A DNA stretch of 64,000 bases, taken from assembly GCA_002269645.1 (NCBI GenBank), contig NIVC01000573.1:372001-436000 (forward strand), read 5' to 3'. A program made the position numbers and the translations under genes. The notes below the pieces were generated by a model that saw only the letters and a program-made list of their open reading frames with translations, was not told the DNA's origin and did no database searches. The DNA comes from Macrostomum lignano. Its lineage: Eukaryota. Below, one piece after another: positions 1 through 11,790 of the stretch. Within the stretch, counting starts at the first letter, position 1, and each line of letters opens with the position of its first letter.

Positions 1-837
1 CTCACACTACAAGTACTGTATATGTACTTTTAATCAAAATACTGTGCACTTGACGCAATAGAATCAGCGCGGATCCAGAAATTTGAGTTAAGCAGCTCCT
101 GCTCTGAAGCAGTTGCTTTAATCTCTGAATTTCTGGATCTGCGTTTGCACTTAAAAGTGCACTAAAATTACTAATATGCTATTTCTTACAGCAATAGATG
201 TGTGTTGCTTGAAATAGCAAATCAAAATATTGTAAATTCGTTCTAAAGCATGGAAAAATAAAACTAAAATACAGAAAAAATAAATCTGAAGAATAAAAAA
301 TAAAGGGACGCCGAGAGCAAAACAAGTGGACTTTAAAATTGGACTCTAGGGAGGTTGAATTCGGTTTGATCAGTTTGGCAGGTCTGTGCAAAATTAGAAG
401 CCAGGAAAGCCACCAAAGGAATGAGAAAGCAGAGTTATATAAATTTCTGAAATGGCTTCAAAAACATTTGTACATCTGGACAGTTAAAACTGCATCTGTG
501 GAGAATACCAGTAATTTGATAAATTGAAGTTTTTTTAATAGTTTAAGATTTAAATTTGACAGCCATACTACTTGAGTTCGAAGTAGCGAGATTAAAGTTT
601 GCACGATTAAAAATAACGCAGTCGATCGATCATTGAATCATTTTAGAAGGTCACAATTCTGATAAATCTTCCCAAAGCTTACTAGACAAATGTGAGCACT
701 GAGCTCAAAGAAAGCGAAGTGACGTCGCAGGAATGTCAGCGCGCCTGCCACAGCTGTCACTCCTGCGACACGGCAGCAGCACCTGTAAAGTTGAAGAAAG
801 TGAGCAATAAAAACTGAAGCGCCAAGCAACAGGCCGG

Positions 838-3260
838 CTAGACTGCCCCGTCAGTCGGGATCGTGTCCAGGTACATCGGCGACTGCAGCGGCGGGTTCAC
901 CGGCAGAGACGCGGCGGAGCTCGGGCAGCAGGCCGTCAAGAGCCTCTTCGTCAGGCTGCGGCTGTCAGCGGAATCCGTGCGGCTGCGACTGCGGCTTCGG
1001 AATATCTGCGGAGAATCGTGGGTTCGGGTGCGGGGTTGCCAAGGACAGCTTTAAGAGGCTGGATTTCGCCGAAATATCTAGTCCATATACTAAAAATGGT
1101 CTGTCGGTATCTATCTATCTATCTAGGTATGCGATCGATTTTAGCAAAAATACTACATGTATTTTAAATACCTACGGAGATAAAAAGTTTTCATTCTTTC
1201 AGCAAAAAATGGTTACTGCTTTAGATAAGAGGCAGACCCAATGTTCACCTTTTGATATGTTGTGCCTTTCTCATAGCTCTATTCACATTCAAAGCCTTCG
1301 TTTAGAAAATTAGAATTCTATGTCGATTTTTTTATTCTACGTACATTTCCTGTACCTGAAAATCAGAAAAATTATGAATCTTTTTTATCATCTCTGCTAC
1401 ACAATATTGTTACACAGCCAGCTAAGATTGATAAAATAGATTCATAAAACCAATGAGTCGAGCCGTGCCATTTCAATGCTTTTTAGGCTGTGTTTGCTCA
1501 TGATGTACACGGGGTGTGTAGCGGCCCTGAATTCTAAGCTTCAGGCATGTACAGTAGACTCTGTGCCTTGGGGACAACCCACGACCAGTTTTCTTGTACA
1601 CAAGCCCGGCCCTGGAAGGGAGCCATTGCAGAACCCCTGCAATGTGACCTTAATGATCTGAGATGAGGTTGGCAGCAGTGGTGACGGCAGCAAGGCTCAC
1701 CTGCAGCAGGTGAAGACAGCCGCCGCAGCAGATGGCCGCATAGGAGAGGCAAACCAGCAGGCCGAACTGGGTGACCAGCGGCAGGGCGGCCACCAGGCCG
1801 AACTTGGCCAGGTCCAGCAGCTGGTTGAGGCTCTCCTGAACTCCGTACACCCGGCCACGCTCCCGCTCCGGCACGGTCTCCAGGAACAGCTGGGTGATGC
1901 TGAGGTCGGCCAGCCACAGCCCCGTGCGCGACACCACGATGCCCGCCAGCAGCAGCGCCACCGACGCGTAGGAAGACGGTCGATCGCCACCGCTGCCGTC
2001 GGTGCCGTTGCCGCCAGCGGCGCCTCCGACATCGAAGGTGAACAGCATCAGCTCGGTGAACTGCGGCTGCGTAACGTTGATCTGCTGGACGGGCGGCGCG
2101 GCCGTCAGGTCGAAGGGGCTGCCTGGCGCGAAGACGGACAGCACGCAGGGCAGGAGGCTGAGCGCCTGCAGAACGAAACCGGTCTGGCCGGAGCTCAGCA
2201 GGCCGAAGCGGGACCGCAGCGCCGGGAACAGCAGGGTGCCCAGCAGGCCGAACACGGCCGACACGGCCAGGCAGCCGGACAGCACGGCCGCTGGCACCGC
2301 CTGTGAGTACACGTAGCCAGTGGTGACATTGTCGAAGCCCAGCACGGTCAGGTACAGGCTGGACAGGGCCAGGCCGGCGCAGAACACGGGCTGCCGGAAG
2401 TACAGCTGCCAGCCCGCCACCTGGTCGCGAATTTGACCAACTATTCGGGTCCGCAAACGGGAATCGGCGGCGGGTGCGGCGGCGGGGGCGGCGGCGGGTG
2501 CAGCGTCATCATTGGCGTCCTCAACAAGAACGTCGGCGTCCTGCTGAGCCGCTTCAGCCGGCTGGTTTTTCTCAGCCAGCCGCGGCACCGAGGCGTAGAT
2601 GTGGCCCAGCAGCGTCCACTCGACGCACATGGAGACGAGGTTCCAGCAGGCCACGGTGATGGCCGAGGCCAGCGGCGACACGAAGGTGGTCACCATGCCG
2701 AATAGCAGCGGCGCCAGCACCTGGCAGGACAGGTCGATGCGGCGCAGGTGCGCGGTGGCCGTCGCTAGCAGCTCTTTGTCCGAGCCGCAGATGGCGACAA
2801 TCCAGTCCTTGGAGACGCAGATCTTCAACGCTACGCTGGCCAGCTGAGCGAGCAGGGCCGTCGCCACCACCAGCGCCTTGGCGGCCTCGAAGGCGGCAGC
2901 GGCCTGAGCGGTCACCAGGCCGGAGAGAATCAGGCAGACGATCACAGCGCACACGCTGACGAGGCCGTTCTGCATCACCAGGCTGGTGCGAGCGGCCAGC
3001 AGCCGGGGCGACCGGTCGATGAGGTTGCCGATGGCCGAGCCCAGCGAGAACACGCCGAGGCTGCAGGAGAGGCCGTACACCGCCGTGAGCGACAGCGAGC
3101 CGGGCGAGATCTGCACCAGGTAGACGCCGACCGCGAAAGTCCACATGCGGTCGCCCCAGGAGGACAGGCAGAACAGGGCGTACAGCAGGCGGCGGGGGCT
3201 GCAGCTGCAGCCGCTGCAGCAGGGGGACGGCTGGAACGGGAGAGGTGAGGGAGAGCGCAT
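838..3260 (-). CDS. SLC40A1: Ferroportin (FPN1/IREG family MFS iron exporter); 2 coding exons 3260-1701 and 1005-838, about 575 aa
   Basis: Family motifs SSWGDRMWTFAV, GNLIDRSPRL, QNGLVSVC, LRRIDLSCQVLAP, LYLTVLGFDNVTTGY, RTGLWLADLSITQLF and QESLNQLLDL. Donor CAG|GTGAGC at 1701/1700 and phase-0 acceptor TTCTCCGCAG|ATATTC at 1006/1005 give a 56-codon last exon ending TAG at 840-838. Confidence 0.93.
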
Positions 3261-3961
3261 GGCAAGGGGGTGGGCGACGGGGTGCGTGACAGGGTGTGGC
3301 TCAAGGTGAGTGACAGGGTAAGTGACGGGCTGAGTGACAGGGTGAGTGGCAGGGTGATTGACGGGAGTGACAGGGTAACAGACAGGGTAACAGACTGAGT
3401 AACAGACTGAGTGACAGAGTGAGTGACAGGATGCGGGTCAGGGTTCGTTCCTCAGCCAATGGCAGCCCTGCACTTTGAATTCTGCCCCAGCAACAAAGGC
3501 TGCAAAATATTCCCTATAACAGTCGGCGTGTTCCACAAGCAAATTAAGAAAGACGACCAGTCTAAACAACAATTATTTATCGTTCGGTCCAACAAGGATG
3601 AACTCAAAGCTGTATTAGTATATCAGTAAATATTGTATATTATTGCTTTAAACGCAACAATGATTGCCAGTTAAATATTTGCTAGTTTTTGCCTACGTAG
3701 AAAATTTACACAAGAACTACTGAAAGTAAGCGGAACCGACACTTCGTTTACCCGGAAAAGACATCACCGAATTTCGGATATCGTGTCTTAGGCCTTCAAA
3801 AATGTTTCCAGGCAACGAAGCGTCCGGTCCTTCCAGTTGTCCTTGGAGTTCGGCCGGGCACCAGGACGCTGCAAAGCATGGATTAATGAGATCCCCGCGA
3901 GATGCATTGCGCAATTAATAATCAGTGAGTGTATATTACTGACAGTAGCAATAGTTGCGCA

Positions 3962-3967
3962 TTTATT
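3962..3967 (-). terminator. Candidate poly(A) signal AATAAA for nkd
   Basis: TTTATT on + strand, about 270 nt downstream of the nkd stop codon at 4239. Confidence 0.35.
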
Positions 3968-4238
3968 TTACAACTGAGGTCGATGCTGGGATGAGAAAGA
4001 CGTAGGAGCAAAGCGGGTGGGGACTGGAGGACAGTTCTCGGATCGGGGGTCAAAGAGTACATGCGGTACGAAAAGCGTTAACGAAATAATATTTACAATT
4101 TTGCCGATTTTTGCTCAATTTCAGAGCCCACTACTTGTGAGTCAAAATTAGTAGTAAGGAGCAGATATCAAGCATTGAACTTATGAGCCTTATTTTTTCA
4201 AAAGAACCTTCTGAACCTAGAACCTAGAAGCACCCGAG

Positions 4239-7200
4239 TCAGTCGTAGAAGTGGTAGTGGTAGTGGTGGTGATGCCGGTGCTCGTGCAGCACCAGGCTGG
4301 GCAGCGGCTGCAGCTGCATCAGCGGCTCTCGCTGCAGCCACTCGGCCACGAGCTGCATGGCGTCCAGGCGGCGCCATCGATGACGCTCGACAACGCGATG
4401 ATGGTGCGGCTGCTGCTGATGCCCCCGACGGCCGGCGTGTTCAGCGGCGCTGGTTACGGCGGCGGTGGCGTCGTCCAGTGCAACGCAGTGGTAACCGGCA
4501 TCAGCCGCCGCCGCCGCCGAGGCCGACGGCAGATGTCGGAGAGGCACCGACGCTGGCAGCATTAGTGACGTCGGAGCGTCGACAAGTTCCGATGCAGTCG
4601 CCGACGGGTCGGCCGACGCTGGCCAGTGCCGCAGCTGCCGCCGCCGCAAGCGCCGCTGCTGCCTGCGCGCTCCCCGACCGCCACCATCGGTACCGGTGCG
4701 GTCTGTTGGCGAATGCCGGGCCGGCGGTTCAGCGATGGTCGACGCCAAGTCCACGGCGTCTTTGTTGTCCGCGTCGCCGTCGCGTACCCGACGCCGGCGT
4801 CGTTGCTGCCTACGTCGCTGTCGATCGTCTCTGGCGTCGGCGGCCGCGGAGGTCTCCACAAAGCTGGCGGAGGTGGCCCTCTGCGTGCGGTGGCGCGTCT
4901 TCTGCTGCGGGTGCTGAGGCTGTTGGTGCCGGCGGCTATGGCTGCGGTGGCGCCGGCGCTTCGGCAGCGGCCCGGCCGAGGCGGACAACGGCACACTGAT
5001 GACCCGCTGTTTGGGCCGCTGCTGCTGGTTTTCCTGCTGCACTGCGGCGTCAGGCGCCGGGACGAATGTCAGTCGGAGGCTGAGGCTTGCCGGGACTCGG
5101 CCACCGCCGCTACCGCAGCCGGTCTCGACAGAGTCACCACTGGCGCCGCAGATTCCTCGCTGAAGGACCTCTGAGAGAGACCGCGTCAGAGCGGCCAGGT
5201 CCTGCGGGCGCGATGGCGTTTCGTTCGAGTTTAAAACTCAACACCTTTAAATGGAACTTACAGCCCACGACCAGCCAGAGACAGAAGCCAGGCATAAACT
5301 ACAGAAACCTACCATAAACTACAGAAACCTACCATAAACTACAGAAACCAATCATAAACTACAGAAACCTACCATAAACTACAGAAACCTACCATAAACT
5401 ACAGAAACCAATCATAAACTACAGAAACCAATCATAAACTACAGAAACCTACCATAAACTACAGAAACCTACCATAAACTACAGACACCTACCATAAACT
5501 GCAGAAAACAACCATAAACTACAGAAAACAACCATAAACTACAGAAACCTACCATAAACTACAGAAACCTACCATAAACTACAGAAACCTACCATAAACT
5601 ACAGAAACCCACCATAAACTACAGAAACCCACTATAAACTACAGAAACCAACCATAAACTACAGAAACCCACCATAAACTACAGAAACCTACCATAAACT
5701 ACAGACACCCACAATAAACTGCAGAAACCCACCATAAACTACAGAAACCCACCATAAACTAGAGAAACCAACCATAAACTACAGAAACCTACCATAAACT
5801 ACACAAAACCTACCATAAACTACAGAAAACAACCATAAACTACAGAAAACAACCATAAACTACAGAAACCTACCATAAACTACAGAAAACAACCATAAAC
5901 TACAGAAAACAAGCATAAGCTACCGACACTGTAAATAAAAGTACAAGCGTCAAACGAAACAGCAGACGCAGCTATCAGCCAACCTGCTTAGTGATGCAGC
6001 CGCGGCCATCGAAGTCGTACAGTGTCACCGACCATTCAGCGGTCCCTGTGGCGGCATCGGAGGCGGGGGCTGCAACAGAAGCGGCAGTCGGGACGCCGCA
6101 TGCTCTGTGCCGGTGAGTTCGCCGACGGTGCCATCGACCGAGGCCGGAATGGCCGCTCTGGCACTGCCCAACGCTCAGCTGTTCAGCGGCGCTGAGCACT
6201 GACTCCCTCGCGGGCTGCTGCGCCGTTGTCGTCGTCTGCTGCTCTGGCCGGGACAGCAACTGCTGGGTTTGGGATGTTTGCGAGGTAATTGTAGCAATTA
6301 CTGACCAGCCAATCAGTCACTGACCAGCCAATCAGTCACTGACCAGCCAATCAGTCACTGACCAGCCAATCAGTCACTGACCAGCCAATCAGTCACGGAC
6401 CAGCCAATCAGTCACTGACCAGCCAATCAGTCACTGACCAGCCAATCAGTCACTGACCAGCAGATCAGAGTTACTGACCGGCAGATCAGAGAGTCACTGA
6501 CCAGCAGATCAGAGAGTCACTGACCAGCAGATCAGAGAGTCACTGACCAGCAGATCAGAGAGTCACTGACCAGCAAATCAGAGAGTCACTGACCAGCAAA
6601 TCAGAGAGTCACTGACCAGCAAATCAGAGAGTCACTGACCAGCAAATCAGAGAGTCACTCACCAGCAGATCAGAGTCACTGACCAGCAGATCAGAGAGTC
6701 ACTCACCAGCAGATCAGAGTCACTGACCAGCAGATCAGACTCACTGACAAGCAGATCAGAGTCACTGACCAGCAGATCAGAGTCACTGACCAGCAGATCA
6801 GAGTCACTGACCAGCAGATCAGACTCACTGACAAGCAGATCAGAGTCACTGACCAGCAGATCAGAGTCACTGACCAGCAGATCAGAGAGTCACTGACCAG
6901 CAAATCAGAGAGTCACTGACCAGCAGATCAGAGAGTCACTCACCAGCAGATCAGAGTCACTGACCAGCAGATCAGACTCACTGACAAGCAGATCAGAGTC
7001 ACTGACCAGCAGATCAGAGTCACTGACCAGCAGATAAAAGGGCACTGACACCGACCAATCAGTCACTGATCAAGTCAGAATCACGGTCAGAGTTCCGCAG
7101 ACGTCTAAACCCAAGAAATTCTATATTCCCTAGAATCATAAAATGCTCATAAATATTGTTCACGCCAGAAGCGAAGTCACGAATTGCAACTGGCAATCAT

Positions 7201-9009
7201 AAAAACACAGGCTGCCGGAATCTCTCAGTCAATAACCTTCAGGGTAGTTGCTGCCGCCCGCCGAACGCCCCGGGTTGGAATTATGCTGCAACATCCGAGA
7301 TCCTGGGGGAAGAGGCACATTTCAGTTTGCCGGCAACATCTGGTCGCAACCGAACAGCGAGGCTCTGCCTAATCGCATTCCATCTGCCACAGCCCACCTT
7401 CACTGCCAGGTGCGCAAAACGCCCTGGACCGTCTATCCTTTCTCTCTTTCTCGCAGGTGCGTATTTCCATAATTGGAACAGGCAATTCTCTGTGCTGGGA
7501 CTGAACTGGCCTGCAATTCGGACTGGGGAACTTGGCCCGCCCAGCCACCTGGCACCCCGGTGAACACGGTTAACATTAGATAACCTGCTGCTCACATCAT
7601 TTGCCTGTTTTAGCGCTGACTTCTGCAGCTGTGGCGGCTTCTCATGATGCTGCTGTTGACGATGATGATGCTGCTGCTGCTGGGGCGCCAGCTCAGACTC
7701 CAGCTCGAGTTCCGCGGCGAGCAGCAGGGCAGTGGAGATCGGGTTGTCCTCGCCGACTATGGACTCAGCCGATTGGTTGAGCACTGTCGGGATGTTGGTG
7801 CATAGAGATGTTGATTGAGGTCGATTGAGGACAGATCTTTGCGCATCTGAGAGTGGGACCCCCTCCCTATCTAGAAGTTGAATCTTGGAAATAGGGGTTC
7901 TGAATTTGGGGTTTCGGAATTCGGGATCTGTCTAGGGATTTGGGATCTGTCTGGGGATTCGGGATCTGTTTGGAGATTCGGGCTCTGTCTGGGGATCCCG
8001 AGTTCTGTTTGTGGATTCGGGATCTGTTTGCGGATTCGGGATCTGTCTGGGGATTCGGTATCTGTCTGGGGATTCGGGATCTGTTTAGAGATTCGGGATC
8101 TGTCTGGGGATTCGGGCTCTGTTTGTGGATTCGGGATCTGTCTGGGGATTCGGGATCTGTCTGGGGATTCGGGCTCTGTTTGTGGATTCGGGATCTGTCT
8201 GGGGATTCGGGATCTGTCTGGGGATTCGGGATCTGTTTGGGGATTCGGGATCTGTCTAGGGATTCGGGATCTGTCTAGGGATTCGGGATTTGTTTGAGGA
8301 TCCGGGATCTGTTTGGAGATTCGGGCTCTGTCTGAGGATCCCGAGTTCTGTTTGTGGATTCGGGATCTGTTTGCGGATTCGGGATCTGTCTGGGGATTCG
8401 GGCTCTGTTTGGGGATTCGGGATCTGTCTGGGGATTCGGGATCTGTCTGGGGATTCGGGATCTGTTTGGGGATTCGGGATCTGTCTAGGGATTCGGGATC
8501 TGTCTGGGGATTCGGGATCTGTCTGGGGATTCGGGCTCTGTTTGGGGATTCGGGCTCTGTTTGGGGATTCGGGATCTGTTTGGGGATTCGGGATCTGTCT
8601 AGGGATTCGGGATCTGTCTGGGGATTCGGGATCTGTCTGGGGATTCAGGATCTGTCTGGGGATTCGGGCTCTGTTTGGGGATTCGGGCTCTGTTTGGGGA
8701 TTCGGGATCTGTCTAGGGATTCGGGATCTGTCTGGGGATTTGGGATCTGTCTGGGAATTCGGGATTTTTCTGGGGATTAAATCGATCGTTAGCTGGAAAC
8801 TCAGGATCTGGAATATGGAACTGAGAGGTGGGTAGAGCCCAGTCCCTCAATAAAGTTGCTACAACATCTAGAACAATTGAACAAAGATCTATGGCAATAA
8901 GCTCAAGGCAGAGCTCACTGGACAGAGGTCTCCGGTCATCGTCGGTGCAGCTGGCGTCGCCGCCGCCGCAGCCGCTGCCGAGCAGGAATCGCCAGGCCTT
9001 GCTGCGCAT
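4239..9009 (-). CDS. nkd: Naked cuticle homolog (Wnt/Dishevelled antagonist); exons 9009-8919, 7783-7596, 6259(or 6262)-5984, 5201-4239, about 505 aa
   Basis: EFX domain EWSVTLYDFDGRGCITKQ|DLAALTRSLSEVL...SLSLRLTFVP is joined across a phase-0 intron. The C-terminus is His-rich (HEHRHHHHYHYHFYD*), as in NKD proteins. All four exons join in frame at GT-AG sites (phases 1,0,0). Start context is gccATG. Confidence 0.86.
5290..5925. repeat. 20-bp minisatellite (ACCATAAACTACAGAAACCT), about 31 copies, nkd intron 3
   Basis: Direct tandem periodicity with point variants. Confidence 0.95.
6300..7070. repeat. 19/21/23-bp minisatellite (CTGACCAGCCAATCAGTCA grading into CTGACCAGCAGATCAGAGAGTCA), nkd intron 2
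   Basis: Tandem units; unit length changes along the array. Confidence 0.95.
7900..8780. repeat. 20-bp minisatellite (GGGGATTCGGGATCTGTCT-like), nkd intron 1
   Basis: Tandem periodicity; source of the spurious GDSGSVWGFGICL ORFs. Confidence 0.95.
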
Positions 9010-10000
9010 GGCGCGCGCTCAGGTCAGGTGTGGGCCCGAAACTCGGCACGGTGGCGCAGTTTTATCCTCTTCAGAAATTTTCTGCTTGTCTGCGCTACTT
9101 TCTGCTACTTCTTTTGCACTGCAAGCGCCAATGCAATGTTATAGAATAGGGAGGCTTCTGAAATTGGAAATATGGGAGTTGGGGAGGAGTTGGGATCGGA
9201 CGGTGCGCATTAATCTTGGCTAAATAGGGAAGAGGTGAGGTACCTGGCCCGCCACTTGCTGCACAAAGAGGCTTGACCACCCACCCCAACACCCCAGAGA
9301 CTTGCTAAAAAGTGGGACAGCGAATGGCAGCGAAGTCGGGGGGGGGAGGGAAGCTTATGACATGGACGTCTTTAGTAAGAAATCTGGACAGGAATCTGTA
9401 GTAGTTCTTAGAATCTGTATAGACTTTTATCTGAAGCTTGTGATGAAAATTTCTATTAAAAATGCGATTCATAACTTACAAACATAGTGACACTAACAGT
9501 CTAGTCCGGGACTAAATATCATAACTCACAAGCATAGGCACAACCAAGACTGCCGCTCCAGATCCTCTGCCTGGATCTCCTTGGCGCAGTTCCTTGGTTT
9601 GGGCAGTTTCTTTGCCCAACCAAGCAAGAAGCCGCGTTCACTTGCTTTTGCTCTCCCACTGAGTTTTTTTCCATTTCTGTTTTACAAGCAGCTACCGCCA
9701 GATCCCCAAATAGTAAGTGTGCGCCCACCCAAGCCGGGCACTTCCAGTCTCCCTCACTGAGAGGCACTAAAAGAAGCAATAACTGCGTCTTCAGGAAAAA
9801 CTTTGCTTCTGCAAAATCTGCGACAGAACTTTTATGCGCCCAATTTGCAAGAAAATATGCTCTCTTCTAGACACAAGCAAAAAAACTGCGAACTTTGCCA
9901 GCTTTGCTTCATAGCAGAAGTCGCACCATGCGGCAGGTGAAATAGTTTTAACAGTGTGGGAACAACTTCCGACTTTTAAAACAATAGACCCGAATTTTGA

Positions 10001-10617
10001 CGCTTCCGGACATTTGCCCTCCGGCACTTCCCCTCCGGCACTTGCCCTCCGGCACTTCCCCTCGGCGGCGTTTGCCCTCCGGACATTTGCCCTCCGGACA
10101 TTTCCCCTCGGGGACATTTGCCCTCGGGGACATTTGCCCTCCGGACATTTGCCCTCCGGACATTTCCCCTCCGCACATTTGCCCTCTGCAAATTTACCCC
10201 CTCGCACATTACTCACCTCACCTCCTCCTGTACCCACCCGTCGTTCCTCCAGCACCAACCTCATCCTCCCGCCTCTTGCATCCATCAGGTTCTTCTCCAG
10301 CCAACAACTCATCCTTTTCTAGTAAGCAATATATACCCGCGCCCTACCCTATCCCCAGCCTTTTTTTTGTTTCATGATTGTGGAGAAATTTCATTTCCAG
10401 AGGGGAAATGTCTTGAGGGCAAACGTCCGGAGGGCAAATGTCCGGAGGGCAAATGTCCCCGAGGGCAAATGTCCCCGAGGGCAAATGTCCGGAGGGCAAA
10501 TGTCCGGAGGGCAAATGTCCCCGAGGGCAAATGTCCTCGAGGGCAAATGTCCGGAGGGGAAATGCCGGAGGGCAAATGTCCGGAGGGCAAATGCCGGAGG
10601 GCAAATGTCCGGTAGCC
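10001..10617. mobile_element. Non-autonomous foldback/MITE with inverted arms of 15-bp repeats and 8-bp TSD
   Basis: Termini are CGCTTCCGGACATTTGCCC and the reverse complement of GGCTACCGGACATTTGCCC. Arms are built of CCGGACATTTGCCCT units in opposite orientation. Flanked by AATTTTGA at 9993-10000 and 10618-10625. Confidence 0.88.
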
Positions 10618-11329
10618 AATTTTGAGCAGGTTTCAGAAAAATTTTAATAACTTTATAACTATAGATCCAAGAGTGAGTTGTAATCCAGAGTTTTGTTGCC
10701 AGATTTAACAAAATACTGCCAGTCTTAAATCAAAGTTTTTCAAAATTTAAAAAATTGAAAGTTGTTAGCTCGTATAGCTTTCAAAATATGAGTAGAATAA
10801 TAAAATAACCGATTTTGTTTCTGATTCAGCAGCGATCGCAGCACAATGACAATGAAAGTGTGCACAAGGAATCGAAGCTCCCCCTTTCACATGACCAGAA
10901 GGAATCTGGAACAAGTTGCCTGCACTGCAGCAACACCAAATTGCTTTCGAGGGCGCACCTGGTGTGTTAGTTTAGTTACCCCCCCCCGTCGATAAGGTGA
11001 ATTTGGGGCGAAGGAATTTCGGAATGCAGCATCTGCACGTGAGCGGCGCAGGTACAGATAAGAGATGAAGGGAGAGAAGGGGAACCGCTGGCACTGGTTG
11101 CCAACACCCAGCAGTTCACGAGGAGGCCACGGAGGTCAGAGAAGTGCTGCAGCCGAATATGCAAACTCACTGAACTGATGCTGATGAAGCAGTTGATGCC
11201 AATTTAAGCCACTTTGTAACTCTGCTGGCAGCGCAAATGAGAGAGAAGGGAGGCGGAGAGTGAAGGATATCAGGAGGCGATAAAAATATTTCAAAGAACG
11301 AGACACGACGCGGAAACAGATGAAGGAAA

Positions 11330-11428
11330 GGGAGAGAAAAGGAGAAGGGAGAGGAGAGAGATTAGAGAAGGGAAAGGAGGAGAGAGAGAGAAGGGAGAAG
11401 GGAGAGAATGAGAGAGATTAGAGAAGGG

Positions 11429-11526
<98 letters not shown>

Positions 11527-11790
11527 GAGAGAGAGAAGAGAGGTCACGGCGTGTTAATTATTTCATTGAAAGAGAAAGGAGAGAAGGATGGGAGAGGAGA
11601 GGAATGTCGAGAGGAGAGATATTATAGGAGGAGAGAGAGGGAGAGAAGGGAGGAGAGAGAAGGGAGAAAGAGAGAGAAGGGGAGGGTAGAGAATGGAGAG
11701 AAAGAGAGAGAAGGGAGAGAGGAGAGAAGGAATGGCGAGAGGAGAGATATTAGAGCAGAGAGAAGAGAGAGAAGGAGAGAGAGGGGATAT
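11330..11790. repeat. GA-rich low-complexity tract including a pure (GA)n run at about 11431-11522
   Basis: Direct reading. Confidence 0.95.

Noticed and set aside
3261-3520. Iron-responsive element in the ferroportin 5' region
   Set aside because: No CAGUGN-loop hairpin on the sense strand in this interval; only a degenerate GTGACAGG-like repeat.
1534-5317. Numerous overlapping or antisense ORFs over ferroportin and nkd
   Set aside because: Shadow ORFs caused by high-GC codon usage; no recognisable motifs.
7230-7470. + strand acceptor/donor-like sites inside nkd intron 2 (possible nested gene)
   Set aside because: No coherent multi-exon ORF or recognisable protein could be built.
7878-10711. 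GDSGSVWGFGICL and EGKCP repeat ORFs
   Set aside because: Translations of an intronic minisatellite and of MITE arms.
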